DNA of 64,000 nt from Cyanobacteria bacterium P01_D01_bin.1 (GCA_039111275.1 JBCCOH010000003.1:27066-91065), one strand, 5' to 3'; numbered from the stretch's first letter, positions 1 to 10,888 are shown. Notes: generated by a model not told the origin, from the sequence alone. Numbers and translations: made by a program.

Positions 1-65
1 TCGACTATACAGTTCAAGCGTTCTACAATGAACGCTCTCCGCTAGCGTACTGAGCTTCTCAAGTC

Positions 66-1331
66 ATGGCAAAATTTCTGCATATTTCTGATATTCATCT
101 CGGTTTTGATCGCTACGACAGCAAGCCGCGAACATTAGATTTTTTCTATGCGCTCAAGGATGTTTTAGAGAAGTATGCAGTTGCAGAGCAAGTCGATTTT
201 GTCATCATCGGTGGCGATTTGTTCGAGCATCGCAATATTAAGCCTGCAATCTTGAATCAGGCGCAGCTGTGCTTTCAGATTCTACGCGAAGCGAATATTC
301 CGGTGCTGGCGATTGAAGGCAATCACGACAATGCGCCGTATGGAACGAAGTCGAGCTGGCTGCGCTATCTGTCTGACTGGGGACTGCTGAAACTGTTGGA
401 ACCTGGTGATGTTAATTCGGGTGAGCCTTTTTATTCTCCTTGGGACGAGGATAGTCAGCGGGGTGGATATATTGACCTAGACTGCGGTGTGCGGGTGCTG
501 GGTTCTAGCTGGTATGGGGCAGCAGCGCCAAGGGCAATTGAGCAGATTGCGGCGGCAATGGGTGAGTTGCCGAAGGCTCAAGGGTCATCCATTTTGCTAT
601 TTCATCATGGGCTAGAAGGACAGATTGCTCGGTATTCCGGGGCTTTGCGCTATTCGGAGGTGCTGCCGCTGAAGAAAGCAGGAGTGGATTATCTAGCGCT
701 AGGTCATATTCACAAGAACTATTCGGAGGATGACTGGATTTTTAATCCAGGGTCGATCGAGGCGAATAATGTGGAGGAGAGCCAGTTTGAGCGGGGGGCG
801 TATTTGGTTGAGATCGATGAGAAAGGCACGATCGAGGCGGAGCTGAAGACGGATTATCAGCAGAGGCCGATTGTGCGGCTGCAACAAAAGCTGCGGAGTC
901 AAGATGCAATTGAATCGGTGGGGGAAGGCGCGATCGCCCTCATCCAATCAGCTATCAAATCCAAGAAAATCATCCCTGACCAGCAGCCAATCGTAGAGCT
1001 GCGTATCACTGGCACCGTCGGCTTTGATCGCTTAGAACTAGACATCCGTCAGCTCCAAAAGCAGCTCCAAGAGCTCTGTAACGCTTTGATATTTCTACTG
1101 CGATACGACGTCGAAGAAGACGGCTACAGCTCGCATATTTCAGAAGAAGCTAGTCGGCTAGAAGTAGAGCAGGAAGTTTTCACAGACCTGTTATCGGCCA
1201 ACGCACGCTACAAAAAGCAGGCTGAAAAGTTAGCGCACGGTTTGATCGATTTGAAAACTCGTCAGATGGATGGTGAGAGTGAGGAGAGTTTGTATGGGCT
1301 GGTGGAGACTATCCTGGATGTGGGGGACTAG
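66..1331 (+). CDS. sbcD: SbcD/Mre11-family DNA repair exonuclease (metallophosphoesterase)
   Basis: Phosphoesterase motifs DIHLG, GGDLFE, GNHD, HHG and GHIH in the expected order. Confidence 0.88.
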   Translation: MAKFLHISDIHLGFDRYDSKPRTLDFFYALKDVLEKYAVAEQVDFVIIGGDLFEHRNIKPAILNQAQLCFQILREANIPVLAIEGNHDNAPYGTKSSWLRYLSDWGLLKLLEPGDVNSGEPFYSPWDEDSQRGGYIDLDCGVRVLGSSWYGAAAPRAIEQIAAAMGELPKAQGSSILLFHHGLEGQIARYSGALRYSEVLPLKKAGVDYLALGHIHKNYSEDDWIFNPGSIEANNVEESQFERGAYLVEIDEKGTIEAELKTDYQQRPIVRLQQKLRSQDAIESVGEGAIALIQSAIKSKKIIPDQQPIVELRITGTVGFDRLELDIRQLQKQLQELCNALIFLLRYDVEEDGYSSHISEEASRLEVEQEVFTDLLSANARYKKQAEKLAHGLIDLKTRQMDGESEESLYGLVETILDVGD

Positions 1332-1446
1332 TCGAGGGTGACTTTCGTGGAGGAGAGAGGAAGTAGGGAATAGGGGGATAGGGGAGGTTATATCTTGTAG
1401 GGGGTTGCGTACCCTAGGGTTAGAGTCGCTATCTGCAAAGCCCTTT

Positions 1447-3819
1447 ATGACAACTTCTGCAATCGATCTCGAGAAGGTATTCAAGGCGGGTGTCGCTGCT
1501 TATAGAGAGGGTGACTACGAGCAGGCGATCGCACTACTCAATCGGCTAACTCGATTAGGCAGCCGAACCTATTGGCTAAAGGCAAGTATGGGTTTGGTGC
1601 AAGTTTATACAGCTCAGCAGCGATGGGCTGATGCTAGAGCGCAGTGCCAGGAGATTTTGCAAAAGACCTCTATGCCAGCACCCCAAACATGGGCAGAGAC
1701 GACTTTGCTCAGTATTGATCGTCAAGTGGCTGAAGCAACCGCCGCTGCTTCTGATAGCGCTACGAACAAAGATCAAAGTGGGTTTCGGCCTATTGAACCT
1801 GATTCGCAAGTCATCAGACCAAACTCTCAGGCAATAAAGAGATCTATCAGTCACTTTCGGACTGTTGATCCATTGTCAGAGCCTCGTAGTGTTTCAAAAG
1901 AGCCCAATGCCCTGGCGGCTCCTGATGAGATATCTGAATTGCAGGTGTCTATGTTTCACTACACCTATCTCAACGATGAGGCTGAACGAACAGCTATCGG
2001 AACCAAGTCTACGACTGAACCGGGTACTGCGAATGAAAGCTATCTATGGACCTATGGTGATCGCCTGCCACGGGGGCGATCGCTAGGACGAGCCAGACAA
2101 GGGGCAATAAGAATAGCTCAGCTAGGAAGTGCGATCGCCATCTACTTTCTTCTACGCCTTTTGATCCACCGCCTCGTTGCCCTCGTCAACAGCTGCCTAG
2201 CTTTCCTAGATAGAATCTTGCCGTTCTGGATCCATGCGCTACCTGGCGTCTTCAGAGACGTTACCTGGCCACTGTTGATAGTCTTACTCGCGATTACAAT
2301 TGCCTCTCCTTGGCTGTGGGATTTGATTCTTCGTCTTTTTGCCGATCGCCAGAAGTTCTCTATTAGTCAGCTACGTGCTCACTCCCCAGAATCTGCCAGC
2401 GTAATTAGTCGCTACTGCCGTGGTCGCCGATGGAGCTTACCCACTCTGTGGACGCTACCGACTGACATCCCGCTGCTTTTTTCCTACGGCTGGCTACCTC
2501 GCAATGCCAGATTAATAGTTTCAAAAGGACTGCTATCTGAACTAAGAGAAGATGAAATAGCTGCTCTATGTGCTTACGAGCTATCTCACTGGAGCAGCTG
2601 GCATTGGCCTTTGCTCTCCATTCACGGCTTGTTTCTTCAGATACTGCATCAAACCTATTGGCAGCTAGTCCTGTGGGGAAATATGCAAAAGCCACCACTG
2701 AAATGGACGGCGGGAATAGCGGCTAATTTTAGCTATGGGCTTTTTTGGCTAGTTCGGCTGCCAGGGCTATGGGTAGCTAGGGTGCGGACTTATTATGGCG
2801 ATCGCACCGCTACCGAAATCACCGGTAATCCCAATGCCTTGATTCGAGGACTCGCCAAACTTTCTTTTGGCCTAGCTGCAAGCGTAGAGCGACAGGGATA
2901 CACTCCAAATTGGGTTGAGAGTTTGGGTCTGCTAATGCCTGTGCAAGCCGACCTTGCTAGACAAAGCCTCTACGGTCATTGGCCTCTATCAGAACTATTT
3001 GCGTGGGATAGTAAGAACCCCCTGCGAAACTGGATGGATTTTTTGGATTCGCACCCACCCTTGGGCGATCGGCTGTGTGCGATCGCAGCCTATGCTAAAC
3101 ACTGGAAGCTTACACCCGAAATTGCATTCGCCACATCCTCTCGAATAAAAGGCGGCCTATCAAAGCAGAACTGGCAGCGGCTGCTCCGCCAGGGAACGCC
3201 ATACCTGGGGCTGGTGATAGGGGCAACAATTGGAACGGCGCTGTGGGGGATAGGGGCGATCGCCTCCCTGGTAGAGTGGCCTGTATTCGACTGGATGCAT
3301 AGAGATATTGGCCTTTTTCAGTGCTGCCTGCTGTTGGGTGTCGGTATTGGCAGCCTCTTGCGAATCAACTGTTTCTTTCCTGATTTATCTTTATCTATGT
3401 CACTTTCCGATGCGCTGCCCGAATGGGTTTGCCATCCTGGGCTTTTACCGGTGGACGGTCTGCCGACAAAGCTCACAGGGACTATTCTTGGCAGACCGGG
3501 CATCGCTAATTGGCTAGGCCAAGATTTGTATTTGCGATCGCCCTTTGGTCTTGTCAAGCTGCATTTCTTTTCCATCACCGGACCGTTAGGTAACCTGCTT
3601 AATCGATCAAAAACGCCTCGCATGCTTCAGGGCGAATCAGTCCAAGTCTTAGGATGGTTTCGCCGAGGGGCTCAGCCCTGGCTTGACGTTGACAAGATCC
3701 GACTTGGCAATGGCAGGTTGCTGACAGCAGGTCATCCGCTCTATTCGCTCATGATTGCTGCAGTAGCCACCGGACTGGGTTTGTGGCTATTGCTGAAAAG
3801 TACTGGCCACACAGGATGA
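1447..3819 (+). CDS. M48/HtpX-like membrane peptidase homolog with N-terminal TPR-like helices; zinc motif degenerate
   Basis: N-terminal TPR-like segment (AGVAAYREGDYEQAIALL), several TM segments, HtpX-like segments LIVSKGLL..L.EDEIAAL..YELSH, ITGNPNALIRGLAKL and SHPPLGDRL. ATG at 1447 preferred over TTG at 1405. Confidence 0.75.
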   Translation: MTTSAIDLEKVFKAGVAAYREGDYEQAIALLNRLTRLGSRTYWLKASMGLVQVYTAQQRWADARAQCQEILQKTSMPAPQTWAETTLLSIDRQVAEATAAASDSATNKDQSGFRPIEPDSQVIRPNSQAIKRSISHFRTVDPLSEPRSVSKEPNALAAPDEISELQVSMFHYTYLNDEAERTAIGTKSTTEPGTANESYLWTYGDRLPRGRSLGRARQGAIRIAQLGSAIAIYFLLRLLIHRLVALVNSCLAFLDRILPFWIHALPGVFRDVTWPLLIVLLAITIASPWLWDLILRLFADRQKFSISQLRAHSPESASVISRYCRGRRWSLPTLWTLPTDIPLLFSYGWLPRNARLIVSKGLLSELREDEIAALCAYELSHWSSWHWPLLSIHGLFLQILHQTYWQLVLWGNMQKPPLKWTAGIAANFSYGLFWLVRLPGLWVARVRTYYGDRTATEITGNPNALIRGLAKLSFGLAASVERQGYTPNWVESLGLLMPVQADLARQSLYGHWPLSELFAWDSKNPLRNWMDFLDSHPPLGDRLCAIAAYAKHWKLTPEIAFATSSRIKGGLSKQNWQRLLRQGTPYLGLVIGATIGTALWGIGAIASLVEWPVFDWMHRDIGLFQCCLLLGVGIGSLLRINCFFPDLSLSMSLSDALPEWVCHPGLLPVDGLPTKLTGTILGRPGIANWLGQDLYLRSPFGLVKLHFFSITGPLGNLLNRSKTPRMLQGESVQVLGWFRRGAQPWLDVDKIRLGNGRLLTAGHPLYSLMIAAVATGLGLWLLLKSTGHTG

Positions 3820-4000
3820 TGTACCTGAAAATTTGAGGATCAACAGCGAAAGCTACACCCAATCAACATGAAGAAATATTGCAGGCACTAGGCAAAGAGT
3901 GCTACATTCTTTCGCAAGAACTTGTTTTGTCTATCGTTTGGACAGCTTAGTAACCTGTAAGTTAACAATCTACAGAAAGTTTGCACATCTAGCGTTAGGC

Positions 4001-4062
4001 GCGGGTTCTCCTACTCTCAACACAGCATCTGGGCCAGTCGCTTCATAGCGGCTGGCCTTTTA
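4001..4062 (+). ncRNA. candidate small RNA (CU-rich segment plus intrinsic terminator)
   Basis: TAGCGT (-10-like) at 3990-3995, then GTTCTCCTACTCTCAA, then a 10-bp hairpin GGCCAGTCGC/GCGGCTGGCC (4032-4057) and a T-run. It lies about 200 nt from the upstream stop codon with no ORF to terminate. Confidence 0.4.
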
Positions 4063-4591
4063 TTGTTTGGCCTAATCACGCTCTGCTAGTTGCGTCGATC
4101 ACTTGGTTGAGCACCTGACATCGTGATATTTTAGGAATGGCAGAGTGAGAAACTAGCCGTGTAGCTTGCATGCTGGCTCTGCTGTTCAAAACAGTTATTT
4201 GAGAGCAAGAATAAGCAGCGAAATTTTACGCCGAGTCCAATCAAAAGCAAAACTTTGGCAAGTTCTGTCTGATCGTAACGGCGTTATCGCGTAGATGGAG
4301 GTAAGTTCCTCTGTGTGGCGCTCAAACGATTTATGTAGGCTGATCGCAGCGGCTAAGGCTTGTAAAAGTTTCTAAGCCTTTTTAGGAACTTTGAGTCGCC
4401 TGATAGAAGAAGTTGCCGCTCTTCAATAGAAAACGTCGCGTTCAAAACACGGTCTTCAAAGACACGGTGTTCAAAAGTTTTTCCATATTCTAGTGGGCTA
4501 GGCATTTTTTGTATGCCGCTTGTAGGCAAGCAACAAAGGCTTATTCCCTATGGGTTTTAAGAAAGTTAGAAAGAATTAGAGGTTATCTCAC

Positions 4592-5035
4592 ATGTCAGTT
4601 CGTTTGTACTTTGGCAATCTGCCACGGAATCTTGAGCGTGAAGAATTTGAGGCTATTTTCACTGAAGATAACGACAACCTAGTTTCGGTTAAGTTGATTT
4701 CAGATCGCAAAACTGGTAAGTGTCGAGGATTTGGCTTTGTGACTGCTAAAGACGACGAGACAGCAGACGCCCTAGTCGAGAAGTACAACGGCTTTACTCT
4801 ACAAGATGCCACCTTGAAGGTAGAGAAAGCGATGCCTCGAACTGAAAAAGAGACTGAGGCTCCTCGCAGTGAGAGTGGTGGCCAACGCCGCAGCAAGAAG
4901 AGCGGTGGCAAACGTGGTGGTAACAACGTTGTTGTCGCAGAAAGTCAAACTGCTGATGCTGGCCCAGATCCTCGATGGGCACAAGATCTCGCCAAGCTAA
5001 AAGAAATGTTGGCAGCCCAGACAACTGCCTCTTAG
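4592..5035 (+). CDS. RRM-type RNA-binding protein (cyanobacterial Rbp3-like class)
   Basis: RNP2 LYFGNL, RNP1 RGFGFV, and a C-terminal PDPRWAQDLAKLKEML tail typical of the longer Rbp class. Confidence 0.88.
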   Translation: MSVRLYFGNLPRNLEREEFEAIFTEDNDNLVSVKLISDRKTGKCRGFGFVTAKDDETADALVEKYNGFTLQDATLKVEKAMPRTEKETEAPRSESGGQRRSKKSGGKRGGNNVVVAESQTADAGPDPRWAQDLAKLKEMLAAQTTAS

Positions 5036-5083
5036 TAATCGCGTCGTAATCACGTTACAGGTAGATTTATCTGCTGGGGTTAG

Positions 5084-5142
5084 ACCATCACTAGAAAAAC
5101 AGCCTTACGATACGAGATCTGTTTTTCTAGTGATGGTTTTTT
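5084..5142. terminator. hairpin between convergent rbp and crtB
   Basis: Perfect 19-bp inverted repeat ACCATCACTAGAAAAACAG (5084-5102) / CTGTTTTTCTAGTGATGGT (5119-5137), followed by a T-run. Confidence 0.8.
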
Positions 5143-5181
5143 ATTGCTACAGCAGTTTCTAGCGGTGATACTGGATGCTAT

Positions 5182-6117
5182 CTACGAAACCTGCGCTCTG
5201 ACAAGTGCCTGCGGCAAATAGAGAAACTTACGCGCTTTGGGGACGTACGCCCGGCGGTTGAAGACATCGTAATCGTTCTCGACAATGACATCTAGAATCT
5301 TTCTGTATAGCATTAGTGCTGTCCAAACTGGCCAACGTGCATCTGGATGCAACCGACTGATTCCAGCTTCTGCTTCTCGGTAGTACTTAAGTGCTCTTTG
5401 GATTTGGAACCGCATCAGTGCCCGCCAGCGGTCGTCTATCACGCCTTTCATCAGCTCTTCTTCTGTGTAGTCAAATAGCTCTAGATCCTCTAGCGGCAGA
5501 TATATTCGTCCTCTTCTAGCGTCTTCACCTACGTCTCTAAGGATGTTGGTGAGCTGGTTCGCAATTCCCAACGAGATCGCCTCAGGAATCGGAGGTGTTG
5601 CTGGGTTCGAACGCATCCAAGGAGAGGCGTTGACCTCAGTATCCATTCCCATCACTACTGTCGACATGAGCCCGACCGTGCCTGCTACCCGATAGCAGTA
5701 CAGCTTGAGTTCTTCAAAAGTTTTGTAGCGAGAGCGGTGCAGGTCCATTCTCTGCCCAGATATCATGTCTCTAAACGGCTGGATGTCTAGCTCGTAGCGC
5801 TCTAGCGTATCGACCATCGCTACGTCTAAGTTATCTTTTGGGCTACCAGAGAACAGATTTTCTAGCGTAGATTCCCAATGGTCTAGCGTACTTTCTGTTG
5901 TGAACTTTGCTTGGGGGCCGTCTACTAATTCGTCGGTTCGACGACACCAGACGTAAATCGCCCAAATCGCTCTCCGCTTGGCTTCTGGCATGAGTAGCGT
6001 GCCCATGTAGAACGTCTTGGAGCACTCTGCCGTAATTTGACGACACTGTTCGTAGGACTCTTGGATCGATACAAACTTGGGCGGAAGGGTCGTTGAAGGA
6101 TGGGTCAGTTGCAGCAT
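5182..6117 (-). CDS. crtB: phytoene synthase
   Basis: CSKTFY, RRTDELVD, YCYRVAGTVG and NQLTNILRDVGED..RGRIYLP motifs. ATG at 6117 (MLQL) preferred over 6186. Confidence 0.95.
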   Translation of the reverse strand: MLQLTHPSTTLPPKFVSIQESYEQCRQITAECSKTFYMGTLLMPEAKRRAIWAIYVWCRRTDELVDGPQAKFTTESTLDHWESTLENLFSGSPKDNLDVAMVDTLERYELDIQPFRDMISGQRMDLHRSRYKTFEELKLYCYRVAGTVGLMSTVVMGMDTEVNASPWMRSNPATPPIPEAISLGIANQLTNILRDVGEDARRGRIYLPLEDLELFDYTEEELMKGVIDDRWRALMRFQIQRALKYYREAEAGISRLHPDARWPVWTALMLYRKILDVIVENDYDVFNRRAYVPKARKFLYLPQALVRAQVS

Positions 6118-6505
6118 CAATGCCTCAAACTGGAAAAATGAACAATAGTCGTCGGACGAGTCAGCCAAAGCGCCCTGTGATCGCATACAACCAGCAGAAA
6201 ATCGTCGTTTCCTTGCGTGGCTAAGCGATGCGTAATTTCCTTATTATATGTTTCAAAGCGTTACATTTTGAGGCGGACCTCAATTTCTCTCGTATCAAGC
6301 GCGACTTCAGCTACCGCCAGATAACCGCCAGATAAAAGACAAACTAACCCTTCATCCTTTGCGCCCTGGGCAGTTTGCTTGGCCATCTATCCAATCTATC
6401 CATTACCTTTTATTCTCTTTTCTCATAGAATTTCTTCGAGATTTGTTGGTTGTCTAGCGTTTGTAGCGAGCTATCATAAAAGCCTTTCAAAGCAGCTAAA
6501 GGAGA

Positions 6506-7792
6506 TTGATGAGACAGTCTAACGTGGACTTTTTGCAGCAGAGCGACCCAGAGCTGGCCGCCATTATTGATAGAGAACTCAATCGACAGCAAACCCATCT
6601 AGAGCTGATCGCTAGTGAGAACTTTACCTCTCCAGCAGTGATGGCAGCCCAAGGCTCTGTACTGACCAATAAGTACGCCGAAGGACTGCCGAACAAGCGC
6701 TACTACGGCGGCTGCGAATTTGTTGACCAGGCAGAGCATCTGGCGATTGAGCGGGTGAAGGCACTATTTGGCGCGGCTCATGCAAATGTGCAGCCTCACT
6801 CTGGGGCGCAGGCAAACTTCGCGGTGTTCCTTGCGTTGCTAAAGCCAGGCGATACAATTCTGGGAATGGATTTATCTCATGGTGGCCATCTGACTCATGG
6901 TTCGCCAGTGAACTACTCGGGCAAGTGGTTTAACGTTGTGCAGTACGGAGTGAACCGCGAAAGCGAGCAGCTCGATTTTGACGAAATTCGTCAGATAGCA
7001 GTCGAGCACCAGCCTAAGCTGATTATCTGTGGGTATTCGGCGTATCCTCGAACGATTCATTTTGAGAAGTTTCGGGCGATCGCAGACGAAGTCGGTGCAT
7101 ATCTGATGGCAGATATTGCTCATATTGCTGGATTAGTGGCAACGGGTCATCATCCTAATCCCTTACCTCACTGTGATGTAGTCACCACGACGACTCACAA
7201 AACCCTGCGTGGTCCTCGGGGCGGGTTGATCATGACTCGTGACGCTGAGCTGGGTAAAAAGTTTGACAAGGCCGTTTTCCCAGGTAGCCAGGGTGGACCG
7301 CTAGAGCATATCGTCGCGGCCAAGGCAGTTGCTTTCGGTGAGGCGCTAAAGCCCGAATTTGAAACTTACTGCGCACAGGTAATCAAGAACGCCCAGGCGT
7401 TAGCCGCTCAACTTCAAGAGAGAGGAATTAAGGTCGTCTCCGATGGCACAGACAACCACCTAGTGCTAGTAGATCTTCGCTCTATTGGGATGACAGGCAA
7501 GATTGCAGATGCTCTGGTGAGTGAAGTTCACATCACTGCTAATAAAAATACGGTGCCTTTTGATCCAGAATCTCCTTTTGTTACTAGTGGTCTGCGTCTA
7601 GGCACACCAGCGATGACCACCAGAGGAATGGGTGAAACGGAATTTATGGAGATTGCCAATATCATTGCCGATCGGTTGCTGAGTCCAGAAGATAGTGGTG
7701 TGGAATCAGACTGTAAGCAGCGGGTAGGTGCTTTGTGTGATCGCTTCCCGCTGTATCCGCATCTGCGATCGCCAGAGCCAGCACTTGTATAG
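6506..7792 (+). CDS. glyA: serine hydroxymethyltransferase
   Basis: [22 protein letters not shown] and the PLP-lysine motif [13 protein letters not shown]. Confidence 0.98.
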   Translation: MMRQSNVDFLQQSDPELAAIIDRELNRQQTHLELIASENFTSPAVMAAQGSVLTNKYAEGLPNKRYYGGCEFVDQAEHLAIERVKALFGAAHANVQPHSGAQANFAVFLALLKPGDTILGMDLSHGGHLTHGSPVNYSGKWFNVVQYGVNRESEQLDFDEIRQIAVEHQPKLIICGYSAYPRTIHFEKFRAIADEVGAYLMADIAHIAGLVATGHHPNPLPHCDVVTTTTHKTLRGPRGGLIMTRDAELGKKFDKAVFPGSQGGPLEHIVAAKAVAFGEALKPEFETYCAQVIKNAQALAAQLQERGIKVVSDGTDNHLVLVDLRSIGMTGKIADALVSEVHITANKNTVPFDPESPFVTSGLRLGTPAMTTRGMGETEFMEIANIIADRLLSPEDSGVESDCKQRVGALCDRFPLYPHLRSPEPALV

Positions 7793-7823
7793 GCGCTGTA
7801 AACGCTGCTAGCCATCACTATCG

Positions 7824-7860
7824 AAACCCCAGGCATCTTCTAAGATACCTGGGGTTTTGT
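7824..7860 (+). terminator. intrinsic terminator after glyA
   Basis: AAACCCCAGG...CCTGGGGTTT stem followed by TTTGT, about 30 nt after the glyA stop. Confidence 0.75.
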
Positions 7861-8183
7861 ATGGGAAAATCTACGCAGTTACCGGAAATGAGCACTCGTC
7901 AGCAGATTCAACGAAGATATCTTGCAGCGCCAACTTTACACTGTCTAGACAAATCGCTAGACAAGGCGAATTTGATGTTATTCATGCTTTAGATAGTAGG
8001 CAAAGGCTATACTGTCGCCGAACGGTGATAAATTTACAGAAATTGATGTTATTTGTGCTTAATTTTGCTGCGCGCAACTGCTCCGTCAGTCCGGCTGTCA
8101 GCTTTTTCTCAGCGCGTATAGTCTCAAGCCTGTATTTCTAAAGCATTTATTTCTACATTGCCCACCCTATCTCACCCTTTCCG

Positions 8184-9242
8184 ATGGCGTTTCCGTTTTA
8201 CCATCTGTTTGCTTTTATTCTCTCCGCTATCGTTGTCCTATGTTTGACGCCGCTAGTCAGAAAGGCAGGTCTTGCCAGCGGTAGGGTCGACATGCCCGGT
8301 ACTAGGAAAGTTCACAGCCAGCCGATGGTTCGTCTGGGTGGGGTCTCTATCTTTATCGGGGTGCTGGTGGCGCTGCTGTCAGTATGGGCAGCGGGTGGCT
8401 TTTTGGGTAGCGATGGTGAACCGCTAGAGCGCGTTGCAGAGTATTCGGTTTGGGGCGTTACGCTAGGCGGTCTTGCCTTTTTCTTGATTGGCTTGATCGA
8501 TGACCTGTTTGGCCTGTCGCCTGTTAGCCGTTTGATTATGCAGTCAGCAGTCGCCTCAGTCGCCTGGTGGGTAGGTGTAGATATCCGCTTTTTGACCATT
8601 CCTTTCGTCGGTATCACTCAGCTGCCAGCCTGGTTGAGTTTACTCGTCACAATCTTTTGGCTGGTGGGTATGGCAAATGCTATCAACTGGATTGACGGCC
8701 TCGATGGTCTAGCGGCAGGCGTCTCTGGGATTGCAGCGGCGGTGATGGTGGTTGTTAGTCTATACATGGGTCAACCTGCGGCAGCCCTGATTGCGGCAGC
8801 ATTAGCAGGCGGATCGGTGGCCTTTTTGCGCTACAACTTCAACCCCGCTCAGATCTTCATGGGTGATGGCGGCGCTTATTTTATTGGCTTTACCTTGGCC
8901 GGCGTGGGTGTGATTGGTCTGGTGAAAGGGGTTACGACTGTTGCAGTGCTGCTGCCTTCGTTAACATTGGCAGTGCCGATTTTGGATATGTCTGCGGTGA
9001 TTTTGCTGCGGCTGCGACAGGGACTATCGCCTTTTGTGGCGGATAAGCGCCATCTGCATCACCGTTTGCTCAACGCCGGATTCTCTCATCGGTTTACGGT
9101 GATGTTTATCTACGTGCTAGCGCTGTGGGTGGGCAGTCTGGCGATGGCTTTTTCTGGTCTAAGAGCCGGTATCCCGTTTGTTTGTGCATCGACCGCGCTT
9201 CTGAGCTTCACGGGTTGGAAGGCTGTACATCTGGCTAAGTAG
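8184..9242 (+). CDS. MraY/WecA family polyprenyl-phosphate HexNAc-1-phosphate transferase
   Basis: Polytopic membrane protein with KVH..PMVRLGG, DD, NAINWIDGLDGLA, IFMGDGG and DKRHLHHRL. Confidence 0.92.
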   Translation: MAFPFYHLFAFILSAIVVLCLTPLVRKAGLASGRVDMPGTRKVHSQPMVRLGGVSIFIGVLVALLSVWAAGGFLGSDGEPLERVAEYSVWGVTLGGLAFFLIGLIDDLFGLSPVSRLIMQSAVASVAWWVGVDIRFLTIPFVGITQLPAWLSLLVTIFWLVGMANAINWIDGLDGLAAGVSGIAAAVMVVVSLYMGQPAAALIAAALAGGSVAFLRYNFNPAQIFMGDGGAYFIGFTLAGVGVIGLVKGVTTVAVLLPSLTLAVPILDMSAVILLRLRQGLSPFVADKRHLHHRLLNAGFSHRFTVMFIYVLALWVGSLAMAFSGLRAGIPFVCASTALLSFTGWKAVHLAK

Positions 9243-9270
9243 GTGTCGGCATTAGGCTCAGTAGGGATGC

Positions 9271-10860
9271 TCAGTAGGGATAGGGATAGGGCCGAAGAAG
9301 GTTTTCGGCTTTGTATAGGTAGAAGGTTTCGGAGGTTTCGCCGCCGCGCTGAGTGGCGATTTGTGTCAGCGGGGTGATAGCTGCGAAGTAGGGCGCGATC
9401 ACCTCAACTTCCTCTATGCGAGACGCTCTATCTAAGCTGATAAACAATGCATTCTCACCGATCCACTGCTGCGGCTCGAACCAGAAAGCATGACCGCGTG
9501 GATCGCTTGTGAAGCTACTCACCGGCAAATTGATATCTTCCGGTAGGGATAGCGCCACATATCCGCTTAGCCAGTACTTGGATGTAATCACAAAGCCAAC
9601 AGTCCCAACAGCCGCTCGAAATTCGTCGGACTGCTCAAAACGCTGGCGCAGCTGCATCGTATCTATCAATTCTGTTGACGGGTCTGATTCGATCGGAATG
9701 ATGCCACCTAGAAGAGCGCGATCACCTGACTTTTGCAGCGTGCCCAGTGTGATGTGAGTCAGCGTGAACATGAGTAGAATGCCTATTGTCCATGCCGAGC
9801 CGCTTAGCCAACGGCGGACTCTTCTGACTGGCCAGCTAGCGGTGGCATACCCCAGCAAAATAGCTAGACTCCACAGTCCAGGTGCTGGCCAAGCCGGAAA
9901 GGTATGAGTCGAGCCACCAACTAACGTGAAGCCAAGGGCTGTAGGCAGCCCACTCCAAAGGAGAAAGTTGATTTTGCTCGCAGTTTGCTGATCACGGGCA
10001 TTCAATTTGCTCGATGGTCTGCGAATCAGCTGACTAAGTGAGGCTTTTGCGCTCGTCCACCATAGCGGTAGCGCGATACTGGGAAACAGGTAGCCGAACT
10101 GAGCCAGGATGACACCTACTAGTGAACTCAGCGAGTAGCTATTGCTGCGATCACCGTACTCGGCAAAGCGATCGCCTAGCTGAAAGTGAAACGAAATCCA
10201 GTCGTGAGTGGCGTTCCAATACAGCAGCGGCAGTAGCGCTAATCCAAATATCAGCAATCCCCACCCAAACCATCTAGATTGGAATACGATTCTGTATGAT
10301 TTGTTCGCCAGGCAAAAGCCCGCAACGCTAAACGCAAGCACAAAGCCGTGATATTTACTCAGGCAGGCCAGTCCAATAGCCAGAGAAATTGCAGCTATCC
10401 GAGCCGTTGGGCGATACCTCTCTAATTGTCCTGACGCTCTAGCCGAAAAGAATTCGCGCACGCAAAGATAGAGCGTCATGCTCCAGAAGAAGATGAGCGC
10501 ATTGTCCGGTGCAGCGAGGATGCCGAAGCTGAGGAAGAAAAGCGGCGTGATTGAGGCGATCGCACAACTAATCAACCCTGCGCGAGCCCCAAACAGCCAC
10601 TTCCCACTGGCATAGAGTAGCCATAGACTGGCTGTGAACAGTACGAGCGCACCTAGTCGCAAGGTGAAAGGCGTCGCTGTTCCTGTTAACCATATTCCTG
10701 TGCCTGTAGTAACGGCCACGGCTAGCGGATGGTCAAAGTAGCTCCAGTCTAGAGTCTGCGTGTAGAGAAAGTAGTAGGCTTCATCAAAGCCCACCGGCAA
10801 AAAGTAGGCAATAATGCTGCGAAAGAGCAAACCGCCAATCAAGAGCTGCCACAAAATCAT
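9271..10860 (-). CDS. GT39/ArnT-like membrane glycosyltransferase (GT-C fold)
   Basis: DEAYY, YFDHP, APDNALIFFW and LACLSKY motifs with multiple TM helices. ATG at 10860 avoids overlap with cinA. Confidence 0.85.
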   Translation of the reverse strand: MILWQLLIGGLLFRSIIAYFLPVGFDEAYYFLYTQTLDWSYFDHPLAVAVTTGTGIWLTGTATPFTLRLGALVLFTASLWLLYASGKWLFGARAGLISCAIASITPLFFLSFGILAAPDNALIFFWSMTLYLCVREFFSARASGQLERYRPTARIAAISLAIGLACLSKYHGFVLAFSVAGFCLANKSYRIVFQSRWFGWGLLIFGLALLPLLYWNATHDWISFHFQLGDRFAEYGDRSNSYSLSSLVGVILAQFGYLFPSIALPLWWTSAKASLSQLIRRPSSKLNARDQQTASKINFLLWSGLPTALGFTLVGGSTHTFPAWPAPGLWSLAILLGYATASWPVRRVRRWLSGSAWTIGILLMFTLTHITLGTLQKSGDRALLGGIIPIESDPSTELIDTMQLRQRFEQSDEFRAAVGTVGFVITSKYWLSGYVALSLPEDINLPVSSFTSDPRGHAFWFEPQQWIGENALFISLDRASRIEEVEVIAPYFAAITPLTQIATQRGGETSETFYLYKAENLLRPYPYPY

Positions 10861-10888
10861 TTTTCGATAACAATTTTCGACAAAAATC

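Noticed and set aside
66-1331. sbcD without an adjacent sbcC as a novel nuclease system
   Set aside because: The gene is at the window edge, and unlinked sbcC/sbcD is common in cyanobacteria.
1366-1404. G-quadruplex from four G-runs
   Set aside because: The last loop is 15 nt, and the G-richness fits the general G-rich flank upstream of the HIP1 at 1525.
3957-3973. NtcA site upstream of the candidate sRNA
   Set aside because: GTA and TAC are separated by 11 nt, not the required 8.
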